Source of the DNA: Eledone cirrhosa | Taxonomy: Eukaryota | Length of the DNA stretch: 64,000 bases | Direction: 5' to 3' | Assembly: GCA_964016885.1 (NCBI GenBank) | Contig: OZ024740.1 | Location: forward strand, 68,386,001-68,450,000 | Part shown: in pieces, positions 37,806 through 51,829 of the stretch | How positions within the stretch are numbered: the first letter of the stretch is position 1 | Layout: each line of letters starts with the position of its first letter | Notes under the pieces: model-generated | The model's database searches: none | The model's input: the letters and a program-made list of their open reading frames with translations, nothing else | Told to the model about the DNA's origin: nothing | Position numbers and translations under genes: made by a program

Positions 37806-37806
<1 letters not shown>
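35537..37806 (+). mobile_element. Dong/R4-like RLE element, second family, 5'-truncated
   Basis: YRPITCL, EQKGC, WIDYKKA, QGDSLSP, YMDD, YKYLG, CRVC..ETIDHI..C, RHD, NRPD, KLSKYKDL, VGALG. Two in-frame stops; (TAA)12 tail at 37807-37842. Confidence 0.93.
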
Positions 37807-37845
<39 letters not shown>

Positions 37846-38146
37846 TATCAACTGATCTATTTAATAAATGCGAATGGAATATGAAATGTGTAAAGCAGGC
37901 TTAATGATCGGATATCCGAAAGCCGCCATTTTTAATCATGAACAAAAAAATTGGTTACTCAACATGCTGTCGCACACAATATCTATTATACTTCCGATGG
38001 TAAATGTAACGTAATACCCGTTCCAATTGAGGGACCCTGAATTAAGGTCATTTATGGTTCAGACATCGGGTCAGCAAGTGGCAACATTTTTTTAATTATA
38101 AATTAACCTTCTTACTTTACTTTGTTTCTTACTTCTCTCTCACATT

Positions 38147-38198
<52 letters not shown>

Positions 38199-40240
38199 GT
38201 CTATCTATCTATATATCTATCTGTCTATCTCTATCTCTCTCACCATTCTTCTTTTCTTTCCCTCACATATTTTCTCGTACCCCTTATCTTCGTCTCTATC
38301 TTTATTTTTCTCTCTATGGCTGAGAGTAAAAATCAACCTATTATTTTCTTTATTGCTGCAATTTGTGATGAATCTAGATGACCAGTGTGGATTCCAGATC
38401 TACCTAGGAGAAGAAGAATATCTGTAATTTTACATTCCACCCAGGAGACATGAAGCTATTATTTCTGTACCCAGGATGCGAGAGATCATTGATACAAGAG
38501 GTGGGATGGTCAATTAATTTAATGTGGGTAACACAATTTACTGTAGCCGTGAGTATATGGTATTAACGAGACCGAGCCATATGACTAGCATTCGTAGTTT
38601 GAAAAAAAATTACCAAAGATGAATTTCGGATAAAACCTTTGGTGTGTGGAATGGCAATTATCATTCCTATCAACGGTGAATGCAAATAGAGAATTTATCA
38701 TTTATTAATCAGCCAAAATTTACAAATATATAATCAACTACATCTATATGTTGAATGTCTATTGCATATACTCTCCTCGTATTAATACTGAAAATTAAGT
38801 TAAACCTTAGTCTAAGAGATAAATATTAGCCATTTCCTTTTTACGTTATCTGCATGGATTCACTTTCATCATTAAAAGATTAACAGAGTTGATTATAGAA
38901 TCAAAATTTACGAAAACACAGCTTACTTGGAAATAATAATAATACGTCTTAGCAACTCCAAGCAGCAGATATCGTTATATATGACATTAATTAGAATAAA
39001 TTCTCGACATTCGACAAAATATGTCTCTAACTAAAATTGAATATAACGTCGAATCACTTATGTAACCATTAATAATATATTCATAAACATATTATTTGTC
39101 ATATTTTACTTTATATCAACAAATATATAAATAAATTATTGATATCTTCCGCATATTATTCAATTGAATATCTGGGTATTAATATAGGATTAAATGCAGC
39201 TTCTGCACAACACGTATTCAAATGAGATATTAGAATAGTTCGTATAAATTTCGTATATCTTGAGTCATTTTAATAAACTGTAAAATAACAAATTTTACAT
39301 ATGCATATCACATCAAATGCACAATCGCTACGTATATTCTTTGTCTGTTATTAACGTCTTTACCAAAACAGGGTAAGTACACTTATGGTTCCATATATGA
39401 ATTATATTTGACGTTTTTTTATCGCTTAATATTGATCAAAGAGGTTGAGCTATTAGAGCAATGAATCGGATGCCTTATCGTATTTATTTCGGCACTTTGT
39501 GCCCTGAGTTATATTTAGACCAATGTCAACTTTGTTTTTCATCTTTGCGAATGACATTGTGTATCTGTTGTAACACTCTCTGTTCTCATTGTAAAACATT
39601 CTTTGCCACTTTTGCCAAGCTGCATTTTTTCTTGCTGAACGTCATTTCTAGTGAAGAAAGTCAAAACTTGCATGATTGGTTGATTGAAAAAAACATTCGA
39701 CAAGACCAGCGTCTCAAAGTGGAAAATTCCAAGTTCAGATCCATTTTCTCACGAGAAATACGAAGGTCATCGGCTACGACAATCCAACAATTTCGACGAG
39801 ATACATTTATTGTCAACAGTTAATATTTTTCATGTCTTTGGGAGGTATAGCTGGGCAGTGACAATAAACCATATAAGTACATCCGAGGCTTGTTGGGAGG
39901 GTGGGGGTGTCTGCTATATTCAAAACGGGAGCATAGAAAGAATTCGTGAAATAAATAGACCTCAGCTAAATGTATTCATTGACTAATAGGATCACCCGTC
40001 CACGTTGGCTAAGTAGAGCGCAAACCATATATGGACTGAGATATCAGAACACAATGATGGCTCTGAGTGATACCAGAGATCATGTCTAACAATTCTACTA
40101 GTCAAGAGTGGGGAATCAATTATTTAAATTATCTAAACAGAAACGCGAAAAGGTAACAAAGGTGACCAATCAGGGTTTCAAATCAGGCCCCAAAGATTCG
40201 GAATAAATAAATCGAATTAATATAACGGTTTATACATAAC

Positions 40241-40360
40241 TGTTTCTACTTTTGACACAAAGCCAGCAATTAACAAGTGCATTACTAGTACTTTAATTTA
40301 TCGACCCCGTAAGGATGAAAGGAAAAGTTAACCTCGGCATGGTGTCCGACCCTCTACCGA
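40241..40360 (-). mobile_element. SINE family 1 with internal deletion and ~20-bp TSD
   Basis: TATAACGGTTTATAYATAA at 40221 and 40361. Confidence 0.88.
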
Positions 40361-41126
40361 TATAACGGTTTATATATAATGCGAACTTGGCAGAATAGTT
40401 TTAATTAGCAGTAGGTTTAATTTACACACCACGCTATGTTTGAGCTAATTAAACAAAATATATGCGAAATATTACAGGGAATATTGACAGCAGCGCTTAC
40501 GGGAATCGAACTACCTATGTTTAATTAATTGTATATATTTTCTGTTTATTTGTGTCTATTCGTGTGTGTATGTGTCTATGTATGTCTTTTTTTATGTGTT
40601 TCGTATGCCTGTGTTTTTTTTTTACAAATCAACATATTATTACAACCATATAATTAGTCTTCTTTTAGGTATTTCCTTTTAATCTAAAATCAGTGAAGGG
40701 AGCAGCGTGTTCTTGGTGTTTATATTTTTGCTTTTCTCCTATCATCACAACTTTATCTTCTTCAATTCATCAAGATACATAATCCACCTCATTATCAAAG
40801 ATTATATTTCCCACTGTCTGCAACATATTTACAAACACCGCTATGTCGAGCTAATTAAATTATTCTGCCATATGTTCAATTTATTACGCTGCCACATATT
40901 TTTCGAATTTTTTAAATTTAATATCGATATTTATATGTTTATGTTTTTCAAAATATCATATCCCATTTCTAACTACTTATCTCACAATAATGTTGTCCCA
41001 TCCATCAAATGAAAAACACGTGCATGCATACGTGTAAGAATACGTTCAAACACATGTATATATTTATGCATACATAAACAAACTTACATTTACACATGCA
41101 TTCAATTATATATATATATATATATG

Positions 41127-41305
41127 TAGGAAAATGTTTAACTCCGACGGCCGAGCTCAAACTGTTTCGACGGCTATTTCTGGACTGAATTAGAATTGTT
41201 AGCGTGGTAATAAATGATTTATTAACATGCTAAACATTCTAATTTAGTCCAGAAATAGCCGTCGAAAGAGCTTGAGCTCTGCCGCCGGGGTTAAACCTTT
41301 TCCTA
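41127..41305. repeat. Imperfect palindrome (~89-bp arms), PLE pseudo-LTR-like
   Basis: Centre at 41216; lies between two (TA)n tracts; contains only the GAAA half of a hammerhead-like motif. Confidence 0.85.
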
Positions 41306-41391
41306 TTACCCACTCTACTACCCTAAGTATTGAGGACTCTGGTGCGTTATGGTCCATCTGGTTCCTTACCACACCTCCTTCGTTACATATA

Positions 41392-41438
<47 letters not shown>

Positions 41439-41439
41439 T

Positions 41440-42440
41440 TTTTTAATTTGTTCAACCCACAGGAGAACAGTCAGGATTTAGAAAAGAACACCACGGAAAG
41501 ATTCCAGCAAATAGCTAACTCCATCCAACAGAGTATTAAAGTTACTATAGACTACTCAACTAAACACCCCGACCATAGATTTCACCTACTAGACACAGAA
41601 CTCTCGTTGCAAACTATTACTAATAGAACGCAGATCCTCCATTCCCACTATGCCAAACCCATGACCTCCAAATACCTGATCCACTGAAACAAAGCTGTTT
41701 CGGATCACATAAAAATCAATATACTAATTGCAGACTTAGTAAGAGTGATGAGAAACGTGTCCTGCATGTGCAACCCAAAAGATTTAGAGAGACACGTACA
41801 ACACTTCATCTACCGCATGCAGTTCTCTGGCTGCAATCAGAGACACAAGATCAGGGTATATAAAAGAACCAGAACCGAATAGGCAAAGATTGTAGAAAAT
41901 TATGCAAATCCAACTTGCCCCACGTATAGGAGCACATTTTTTGAACAGAAGAGAAAGGATTAGGAATAAGGCGAATCAAATTCATGGTATGATAGCAATT
42001 AATACTTGAGTGTAATGTTCGTCAATACAACCCCTAGAGGCGAATTAACTTATAGATTTAGAAGAACCCTTGACAAGCACAAATTAAATATTAAGATAGT
42101 TGAAAGACCAGGTATTCCCATTAAAACCTTAAATAGTAAAACATAACCATTTCAAAGATCCCCTGTGCTGATAGGAAATGCATAGTATGTAAGCTAAGCC
42201 TACAAACTAACTGCAAAACTAGGAACCTAGTATAAGATGCACTGAGGGAGAGTATAGGAATAAGAACATAACATACATAGGTGAGACAGCCCTTCGCACA
42301 GGAGCAAGAATAAGTGGAAACTGGCGAGAAATCCAGGATGGGAAAAGCTCATCAGTACTCCACCAACATGCGAAAATAGAACATAGGGGCACATTGTGAA
42401 ACATAGAAATAAAAATTATATCGACACACAGAAAATTGAT
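41440..42440 (+). mobile_element. Decayed Penelope-like element (RT thumb plus GIY-YIG)
   Basis: FHLLD, HYAKPMTS, MFVNTTPRGEL, IKIVERPG, C..C....C, YIGETA, VLHQH; many stops. Confidence 0.8.
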
Positions 42441-42722
42441 TTTCACATACATGTTCATTCAGAGGAATGACCTCTCTTCAATGAATGAACATGTATGTGG
42501 GAATTAATTTTTCTTCACTTGTTTATTTTCATTTTCTTCATTAGTATCATTATTATCACTATTTGTACAAATATGCAACATAACAACAGTTTGCATATCT
42601 GCAAATGACAATGCATTTAATGCTGAAACCGGTATTGTAAATAAATTAATGTTTTGATATCTGACTGAACAAAATCTCTTCAACATTTTCTACTGAAAGA
42701 ATCCTTTTCCTTTCTACTATTT

Positions 42723-42811
<89 letters not shown>

Positions 42812-43053
42812 AGGAAGTTATAGTTCACTTGAAGCATTGTGTAATGACGTATAAACGTTTGTATATGTATATTAAAGCTATTTAGAAAACTGGTTTAACC
42901 GCTTTACTTCCCTCTGTAGAACAGATATTATCTCGAAGATTAAGGACATTTAAATAAACCTAAGGTAAAAGACTAATTGTCATCAATATATTTTGCATTC
43001 TTTATTCTATGTCCATACCTGCATTGATTTGGCTTTATTATACATATACACAC

Positions 43054-43125
<72 letters not shown>

Positions 43126-43511
43126 CGCAACCTTAGATCCCATGGTCTGTCTGAATTGCATGATAGCAATCGTAATAAATCAGCCGTTCTGGTGTACATT
43201 TTGAGAATTAAGGGTAAGTTAATGTGGAAAGAGCACTATTAACCAGAAATGCTTTTGACGGTCAATGGTGGGCAATTCTGAGAATGTACTCAATCATATA
43301 GTGTAAAGAATACATTTTGTGTGCCCAGAAGAAAAGAGAATGGGTCCAACATGGTGCTAGTGAGTGTGTGTCCTATTGCTCATGTCATGTCAGTTATAAG
43401 TGTGACATTATGAGGACGGTGAAAGATAGAATTATGTGTGTGTGTGCGTGCGATTGAGCACGTGTGTGCGCGTGTGTGTAAACGTGGGTCTTCATGCGCG
43501 CGTGCATTTCC

Positions 43512-43587
<76 letters not shown>

Positions 43588-43869
43588 ACTAGAAATTGAT
43601 TGACATATATATATATTTAAAATAAACACAGGAAACAGTCACAGGGGATAATTTGTAAAGTGTGTAATCACACATAGTTAGGTACGTAACTACTTAAAGT
43701 TGAACTAGAGCTTCAAATATTACCTTTTAAAAAATTATTAATCTTCCTTGTATATATTTCATTAATCCGTAAAGTCACAGTAGTCATATCACGGTTCTTC
43801 AGCAAGGCTGGATATGGTGGATGGCTCATGTTTCGGACATGACTCCCTTAATTAAATTAAATTAATTTT

Positions 43870-43934
<65 letters not shown>

Positions 43935-43935
43935 T

Positions 43936-44318
43936 GAATGTATATATAGTGTATTTTGCAATACACTCTATGCTTAATTAAAAGCATCTTGAAGACCTTA
44001 CACTATTGTCTTAAAGTAATGACAATGTCAATTACTTCAATTTTCAGCAAACAGGGGAGATAAGCTGACAGAGCTCTGTTGCGTACTTTTTGGTACTTAT
44101 CAAAGCTCACCACTCCTGTTTGCCGAAAATTATGAATGTTGGATTCTTATAGAATTTCAGTAATAATCAGTAACTGATTATACAAACGGTTGCCGGTCCA
44201 GCAAAAATTGAAAATTAGAATTGGTGCTCTGAAATAGCGATATATATATATGAAATGAATGTATATATAATGTGTTTTACAATACACTGTATGATAAATT
44301 AAAAGCATTTCCAAGACT
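43936..44318 (-). mobile_element. About 1.2 tandem units of the hammerhead-bearing repeat seen at 13911-14445
   Basis: Degenerate hammerhead at 44061-44109(-) with palindromic stem III CAGAGCTCTG; the unit start repeats at about 44257; abuts (TA)n. Confidence 0.75.
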
Positions 44319-46102
44319 GTCTTCATTCATCAGAAACAATATATTATTATATATATATATGCAAGAAATAGCTTTGACTACGCCCTTTTTCAATCAATAA
44401 TTTACTTTCAAGAATATTAACCATTAGAATTAAAATTAACCGCCTTTGTTATATTTTTCCTATTCATGAGGTATTTAACATAAAATTCACACATAGTACT
44501 TATAACTTTTTTTTTTTTTTTTGTAAATTTAATCATTTTGAGAAATATTTAATCTTATAATTCTTATGATACTTGAAACCTTATAAACATTTTTAAATTT
44601 TTTAAATTATACGTATAATTCTTCCTATTTTATTATTTTATTGTTGTTTTATTATTTGTATTCTTTATTATTTTGTTCATTTGATATAGGTGTGTACGTC
44701 TCTATAGCAATTTAACACTTTAAGTCACCACCGACAATCTAAGCTGGCTATCGGCCAATCTCCAATAGCAAATTTTTTAATACCCTATGACCTCTGCGAT
44801 AGAGAATTATTGGTTGTAATTAATGAATGGCATTTTGTAAGGACGGCATTATTCCTGTCACCACTTACCAACCACAATTCCCTCCATCCTGCCTACTAGC
44901 ATAAAATCTTGGCATTAATTGATAGTGCTACATTTCGGAACCGTTTTTGACAGCTTTAACTCTGAATTGGCAGACCTACTTCGAATAGAATCGGTCCTCT
45001 ATTCTCTATTTTCTATTTTCTATTCTCTGTTTGTGTTAGAGGTAATTTTAGTTTTTTTATAGAACTAATTGTGCAATTAACACCTGATGAAATCGCCCAA
45101 ATATTGCATCATGATCGCATAATAAGTTTGGGCCAGCGAAATTTATATGAAGCCCTTGCGGAATCAAAATTCTAAAGTAAATTGCAAGAACGGCCTTCTG
45201 TTGTTGTTCTTCATATATCCATACGTATATATATATATAGAATAGAAAACGGAAATTCAGTGATGCATCTCAATTCAATTTATTGTGTGTTACAATTGTT
45301 TCGCCGGCGGACACCTCGAGACGCGATCATTGTGTGGATATGTTTGATTCTGGACCCGCAGGTCGACGGACACGTCTAATGATTTCGGTGAGTTCCTGCA
45401 AAGTCTCGCATTGCTAATTCCTTTTAATATGAATTCAAACTAGGGGCGCAGAAGAAAAATGCACATCGAGGAAAATTATATAAAGGAGTGAAATAGCAAA
45501 ACATATTATGAACTGCAGTTCAGACTAAGTAGAATGACGTTGAGATGTATATAATGTAAGAAGTGAGAATAGAGAAAAAAGATAGGGCAGTGTCGCATTT
45601 TTTCTAATGATAATTTCCGGAAATATACGCTTGACTAAAACAATGGTAAAAAGAACGGGAAAACGGACATTCTTATCTCTTCAGTCAACATGTGGAAATC
45701 ACTACGGTTTCAACATATTAAGGCTGAAACCATTCATTCCAGTGCACATTGGGTCGTAACGGAATGGGTAGAGAATATATATATACACACACACTGAAAC
45801 GTCTGTTATATGTCAGAACAAACTAATAGTTTTGATTGATTTTTCAATATTACTTTTTATCAATTAATTTAATTATCACAGAACTTCATTGTTAATACAG
45901 TATTAATATTATTAATATTTTTATGTGTTCATTTTTTAAAGAGAATTTCTAATTATTTATCCTCTGTATTACCGAGCAGAAATCATTTATCACCAACAGA
46001 ACATGATGATTGAATTATATATATTTTATGTTTTAAACATAACCTCTCTATTTCTTTCTCTGTTACTCTCTCTCTCTCTCCTTCTTTCACTCCCTATCTC
46101 TC

Positions 46103-46175
<73 letters not shown>

Positions 46176-46685
46176 ATGTAGCGCGAACATATTTTAGCTT
46201 CACAGAATTGACAGAAAATATGATTACTATATTTGATAACCATTTAATTTCCTCTATACTCTAGACATAATGGATAGAATCAAGTTTATGTCATTATATA
46301 TCATTGATAAAAATGTAATAGTGATTAATTTTGGAATGTTAATGTTTAGCTGTCGATTTTTGTTATTTTTTCAGTTCTCGTTTGATTTTATATTTTAACG
46401 AATCTACATTACCATTTTGACTCGCCTTCGTTTCCCAACATATTCAGGAAATTAAAGCATTAAAACAATGAAAATAATAACCCCACGACGTTGCTTTCGA
46501 TAGTTTTTATGGTGTTTATGTTGCTTATGCTGTTTATCTACCAGTATAGCTATTCATAAAATATGTATGTGCGTATGCATGTATGTATGTGTGCATGTAT
46601 ATTTGTATGCATGCATGTTTCTATATGTGTGTATGTGCATTTATCTACGTACGTACATACATGCACATGTATGCATATTATATAT

Positions 46686-46737
<52 letters not shown>

Positions 46738-46826
46738 TGTGTATATATATATCTCTTTATATGAATACATATCTATATCTATATATAAATGTATGTATTA
46801 TGTATGAATGAATGAATGTACGTACG

Positions 46827-46967
46827 TGTGATGGCACTTGGCCTTGTAGATAGGGTGTTAAGCTTACGATCATAAGGTTGTGCGTTTGATATCGAGACCA
46901 AGTGAGGAATAGTAACCTTGTGCAAGACTCTTTATCCCACGATGCTCCAATCTACTCAGCTGTAAAC
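46827..46967 (+). mobile_element. Diverged CORE-like SINE family 2
   Basis: GATCATAAGGTTGTG..., ACCTTGTGCAAGACTCTTT and ACTCAGCTGTAAA. Confidence 0.65.
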
Positions 46968-47560
46968 AAAAAGGTAACTGAATAACTTCTGTTACCATGC
47001 TTTTGCTAAGTTTTTTCGCATTTCAGAGAGTATGGTTTAATGAAAGTTTCATAAACATACGTGGTTTTGTTTTAATGTTCATTAAGCAACTTGAATTGTA
47101 AGAAGATGACCGACTCTATACAGAAACGTTGGTAGGCCAATGCATAATTTTCTATCAATTTATCATAACAATGTTGTTTACAATAATTACAATTATATTT
47201 TACTATTACTGAAAAATAATTAAATTAAATTGTTTCTATAACGCATGCTTGTCAGTAATGAATGATTTGAAGGGTAAGATTTACTACAGGCCCCATAATT
47301 TCAGTGATCAAACAAATATTGGAACTGTTTATAGTACAGACAACTGGCCCAGCACTAATCAAATCCATAACTTGATGGCGTTAAATGCGATGTGAATTGT
47401 TTAAATATGTACGTATGTCCCTGTACGGCTATGCATTTCTATGTATTACACACTACAGATTATGTTTTGAACATATATATAGAAGTTGTTCCTCAACAGT
47501 TAGTTCACCATACCGAGAACAAAATGTATCACTTTATGCGGATCCTCAGCTCGGTCTCTA

Positions 47561-47613
<53 letters not shown>

Positions 47614-47740
47614 TTACGTGTGTTGTATTGAAGCGGATAACTATGTGAATACTCTGGGAATGTATCTTACATTGCCCATTGATTACGCTGAGATACAACC
47701 GGTCCTGGCATTGATAAATATGCTGGGTCCGTCAACTCCT

Positions 47741-47771
<31 letters not shown>

Positions 47772-47911
47772 GTGTGTTTGTATGTGTGTGTGTATGTATG
47801 TAGGTATGTATGTATGCATGTGTGAATGTATGTATGCTTATGTAATTATATCTATGTATCTATGAATGTATACGTGTTCAACGTTTGTATACATGTACGT
47901 ATATTTATTTG

Positions 47912-47946
<35 letters not shown>

Positions 47947-48689
47947 GCATATGTATTCGTGTCTACGTATATATCTTCGTATTCATATGTATATCTATGA
48001 GCGTATATAGAAATCAAGGTTCGGAGATTTTTCTTGTTTTAGATATAATTACGTTATTCTTTGCAGAATCTAATCCGGCCACTATCAAATTAATGAAACT
48101 TCTTTAGAAATCAAAATATTTCACATGGATGCGAGTTAACATATGTATCTATGAGGGTATATTATTGAATTTTTCTCTGTGTATGCAGGCATTTCTGTCT
48201 GTCTGAATGCGCTTTAACTTATGTAATGGGTGTAATTATTATTTATTTAAAGCGTTTTTACATGTATTTTATGTACGTAAATATACAAAGGTGTTTATGT
48301 TCGTTCTCAGAATCTCAAATTAAGAATCCATGTCATGTCTTACATGTATTCCTTGTGTCACCACTTGATTGGATTTGCATGCTCCGGGTGTGTTTGCTTT
48401 GTTTCTCGTGGAATGAAAAGTTATATATATGTATGTGTGTATGTATATTGTTTATATATATATATATTCTTCTGTTTTATTACCTTATAATGTTTTACCA
48501 GCATAGAGTGAGATGGTTTCTAACATAGAACATGTATTTCATTGTAATTCAGACATCAACTAGTTAAATACGTACGCATGTCTGCATGCGTGCGTATGTG
48601 TAAGGATGTTTTGTTATGTGTGGATCTATATAATATGAAGTATATGTGCACATGAACATATATTTTATATCTATAGATGTGTATATACA

Positions 48690-50800
48690 GTTATTACAGG
48701 AAGAAAGTTTGGAATGTTTTACACATTTTTGCGTGTTCTTTCTGGTTCTGTGAAGCCATTCGTACTGGGGCAGTTAGTAACACATTCCAGAGCCCCAATG
48801 ATCATTTGTATAAATCTAAGTTGTAGTCACGGTGGAGTATCTACATATCCCTCATTAGTTCTGCGTAGATGCTCTACTTTTAGATAATCATTTCTATTAT
48901 ATTGACATCTACTGGGCAGCTGACCTCCACTACTGTGCATAACTTCATTCCCATTGTCCCATATCACCATAATTAGTCTGTTATGCTTGCATTTTATTTG
49001 GATATTGACTGGAACATACCACCAATACGCTTTCATATTATGTATGTAGATGTCCTCCACATTGCTATAGCTTTTAATATGTTTATGGTCAGGGCTATAT
49101 GTTCTACGGATTGCATTGTTTAGCGTTTTGGTCACTAAATCATGCGTCATAGGTAGATAGTACTGTAATAACACCTTGGACCGCTGCTCATGTCATGGGT
49201 GACATCTTCGATGTTATTTCTGCTAAGTCTGCATTTGTTGTCACCTCTAGTTGTTTTCATGTATACCTATCTCTTTTGTGAATCACGTATGTTGTATTGC
49301 TTTCCTGTTGTTGGATTGCAAAAGCCTATCCTTCAAGGTGATAGCCAATATAGTGATTGTTGGTCGGAGATAGACTACATTGCTTACCTATATTACTCCC
49401 ATGGCAACAAGTTCATATCGGATTTTTTGATAATAAGCATCTCGTTTTTCATCCATGGATTGACTGCGATATTGCTGGGCAATTTTCCTGAGTGGAAGTT
49501 TTTTAGTATTTCACAAGGAGCTCCTGTCCAAGTCTCATGATCTCATCTATCTCATGTAGACAGACTTGCTCAGTCGATGGGCTCCTACGTTTGGTGGATC
49601 GTAGAATTTGTCAGAGGTGTATGATGTGACAATCAAATGTTGTCTGGACTGACATTACGGCCCTAAATCTCTGCTTAGTTTCCAAGTAGAGGCGGTCTAT
49701 CTCACTGTTATTGTTGACGCTTCCAGTCTTGTACGAGTCTTGTACGAGTTTTAACATTGAGAGCTCGAATTTCATCTATCGCCCAATCCAGTATTCCGAA
49801 ATTTGGTTTTAGTACATGCTGAGCGAACACATTGTGAGCCACTCTTTTATTGTGTGCAGATATTTCAGCTGACCTTATATTTTTGACACCATCATAGGAT
49901 GTGTTCTTATCTATCCTTAGGTAGCTATAGCAGTCCTCGTTGAATATCAGTGAAGGAGTTAGAACATTGATAAAAATGTTGCTAAATTAGCTTGTAGTTA
50001 TCATTTTACTAACTTATATGAACATTTTTCCTGGCCAAACTTTATTCCTACATCATTCGAGAACTTTTTAACCATCCCATTTATGTTCTTTAGGACATCC
50101 ACAAAGACGGTGTGCGTTAGGTTTGTATTCCTGAACACCTGTTAGCCAATTATGGATCCTTCACATTTCTTGAGCACAAAGGACAAAGGTCTAAATGGCT
50201 GAGTAAATAGTAGCAGAGAGACTGTCTCCTTGAAATATAAGGGTGGGATATTCTATTTTATCAGTGAAAATCGAGTCCCGCTTCTCTGGAGATGATAGTG
50301 TTAGTATAGAAGTTGCTATGTATGAGTAATGTTTCTAAACGTGAAGTCTATTGTCTTAGTGTTTAGGCTGAGGGTTGGCTGACTGGTGGTGCGTGCAATG
50401 TATCTTGCTTCATTCCCTTGGTAGTTAAAAACATTTATCTTTTCATCAAAGCCATAGAATCCCCTCGAGAACTATATTAAAGGAACACGCGTACGTAGAA
50501 CTCTCATCATTCTGAATTCAAATTCCGTCTCCTACTATCAGGATATGCGACTTGTAGATAATATCCACAATGGAAAAAATAGTGGGTGGCTAACGTCAAG
50601 TTATTTTATTAATGAGTGATTATGTTATGTCTTTCTTGGTTCAGTTTCGAAGCGATAACAATTCAAAGCATCTGATATATTGTTTATTGCTGGTTTCCAG
50701 CAATACCATAAATAACTTTTCACATACGAGAAGTTGTTGGTTTTTCTATACTCATAAAAAGTAGTCTATTATCTAATGATAGCTTACAGAAAAATTATTT
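48690..50800 (-). mobile_element. Old RLE non-LTR element (R4-like), heavily decayed
   Basis: IFQGDSLS near 50220, KCRL...EDVTH, YLPM(R)HD, KCKHNR..MVIWD, IGAL, in the expected order. Confidence 0.7.
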
Positions 50801-51249
50801 CGAATGTGTTGTCTTACACTGGTTTGGTGCTATATACAATTCTGCCGTATTTAACATATGAATGTATGCATTGCATGTATGTCTGAATATATGTATATAC
50901 TGGCGTACATATATATATATATATTTTCTCTCTTTCTCACATTTGGATTCATCCCGAAAGGTCTTTTTTCTAAGCGCTCATATATTCCCCTAGCTTATGC
51001 TAACAGAATAACTATGTAGCTTCTTCCCTTCCTCTCTACGGTTAGCTCTCCTCTTTGTTGTTATCTTGTCTCACTCGCTTTACGCGTTTTAATTGTCCTA
51101 ATAACTTAATTTAGTTATTATTGCACCGACGTGAGGTATATGATTTTTAATGCAATAAAATATCTATGATCGTCGGCAAATCACTGATGAGGGACTCACT
51201 TTATTACATGTTATCCATGTGCAACCTGCAGTATTCTTCTCCCCATTTT

Positions 51250-51304
<55 letters not shown>

Positions 51305-51737
51305 TATATATACATATACGAAAGTTTGATGTATGTAAATATGCATGTATATATATACAAGTAAGCATATATGTGTGTATGTATTTATGTATGTATGTAT
51401 GTATGTATGTATGTATGTATGTATGTATGTCATTGGATACCATCAGGGTTGCAGGTGTTATATCAGAGTTTTCCTTCTCCTAGAAGTGTAGTGTTTGTAC
51501 CAGAGTTTTCAAGTCGCTGGCTGGACTAAAAATCACACTCGTTCAGCGCACAGTAGGAGTTATCATACATGGATATAAAGTAGTGGCCGTACTCGAAAAC
51601 GAGTTGGCAGCCACCATATATGTATGTATGTATGTATGTATGTAGGTAGGTAGGTAGGTAGATCGGTAAGTGGATATGCAGGTAGGTAGACAGTTATGTT
51701 GGTAGGTATGCAAACATTAAAATATAATAGGTTAATA

Positions 51738-51829
<92 letters not shown>

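Noticed and set aside
20762-37842. CRISPR-like repeat-spacer array
   Set aside because: The repeats are trinucleotide microsatellites and the spacers are kb-sized LINEs; no cas genes; eukaryotic context.
38380-38405. VWIPDL peptide reminiscent of the Cys-loop receptor WxPD motif
   Set aside because: Isolated short match right after a stop codon, with no other supporting motifs.
45081-45152. CTGATGA...GCCCAAA/TTTGGGC...GAAA hammerhead-like motif (also CTGATGAG at 51184)
   Set aside because: Stem I does not pair at 45.1 kb and GAAA is missing at 51.2 kb; at most decayed remnants.
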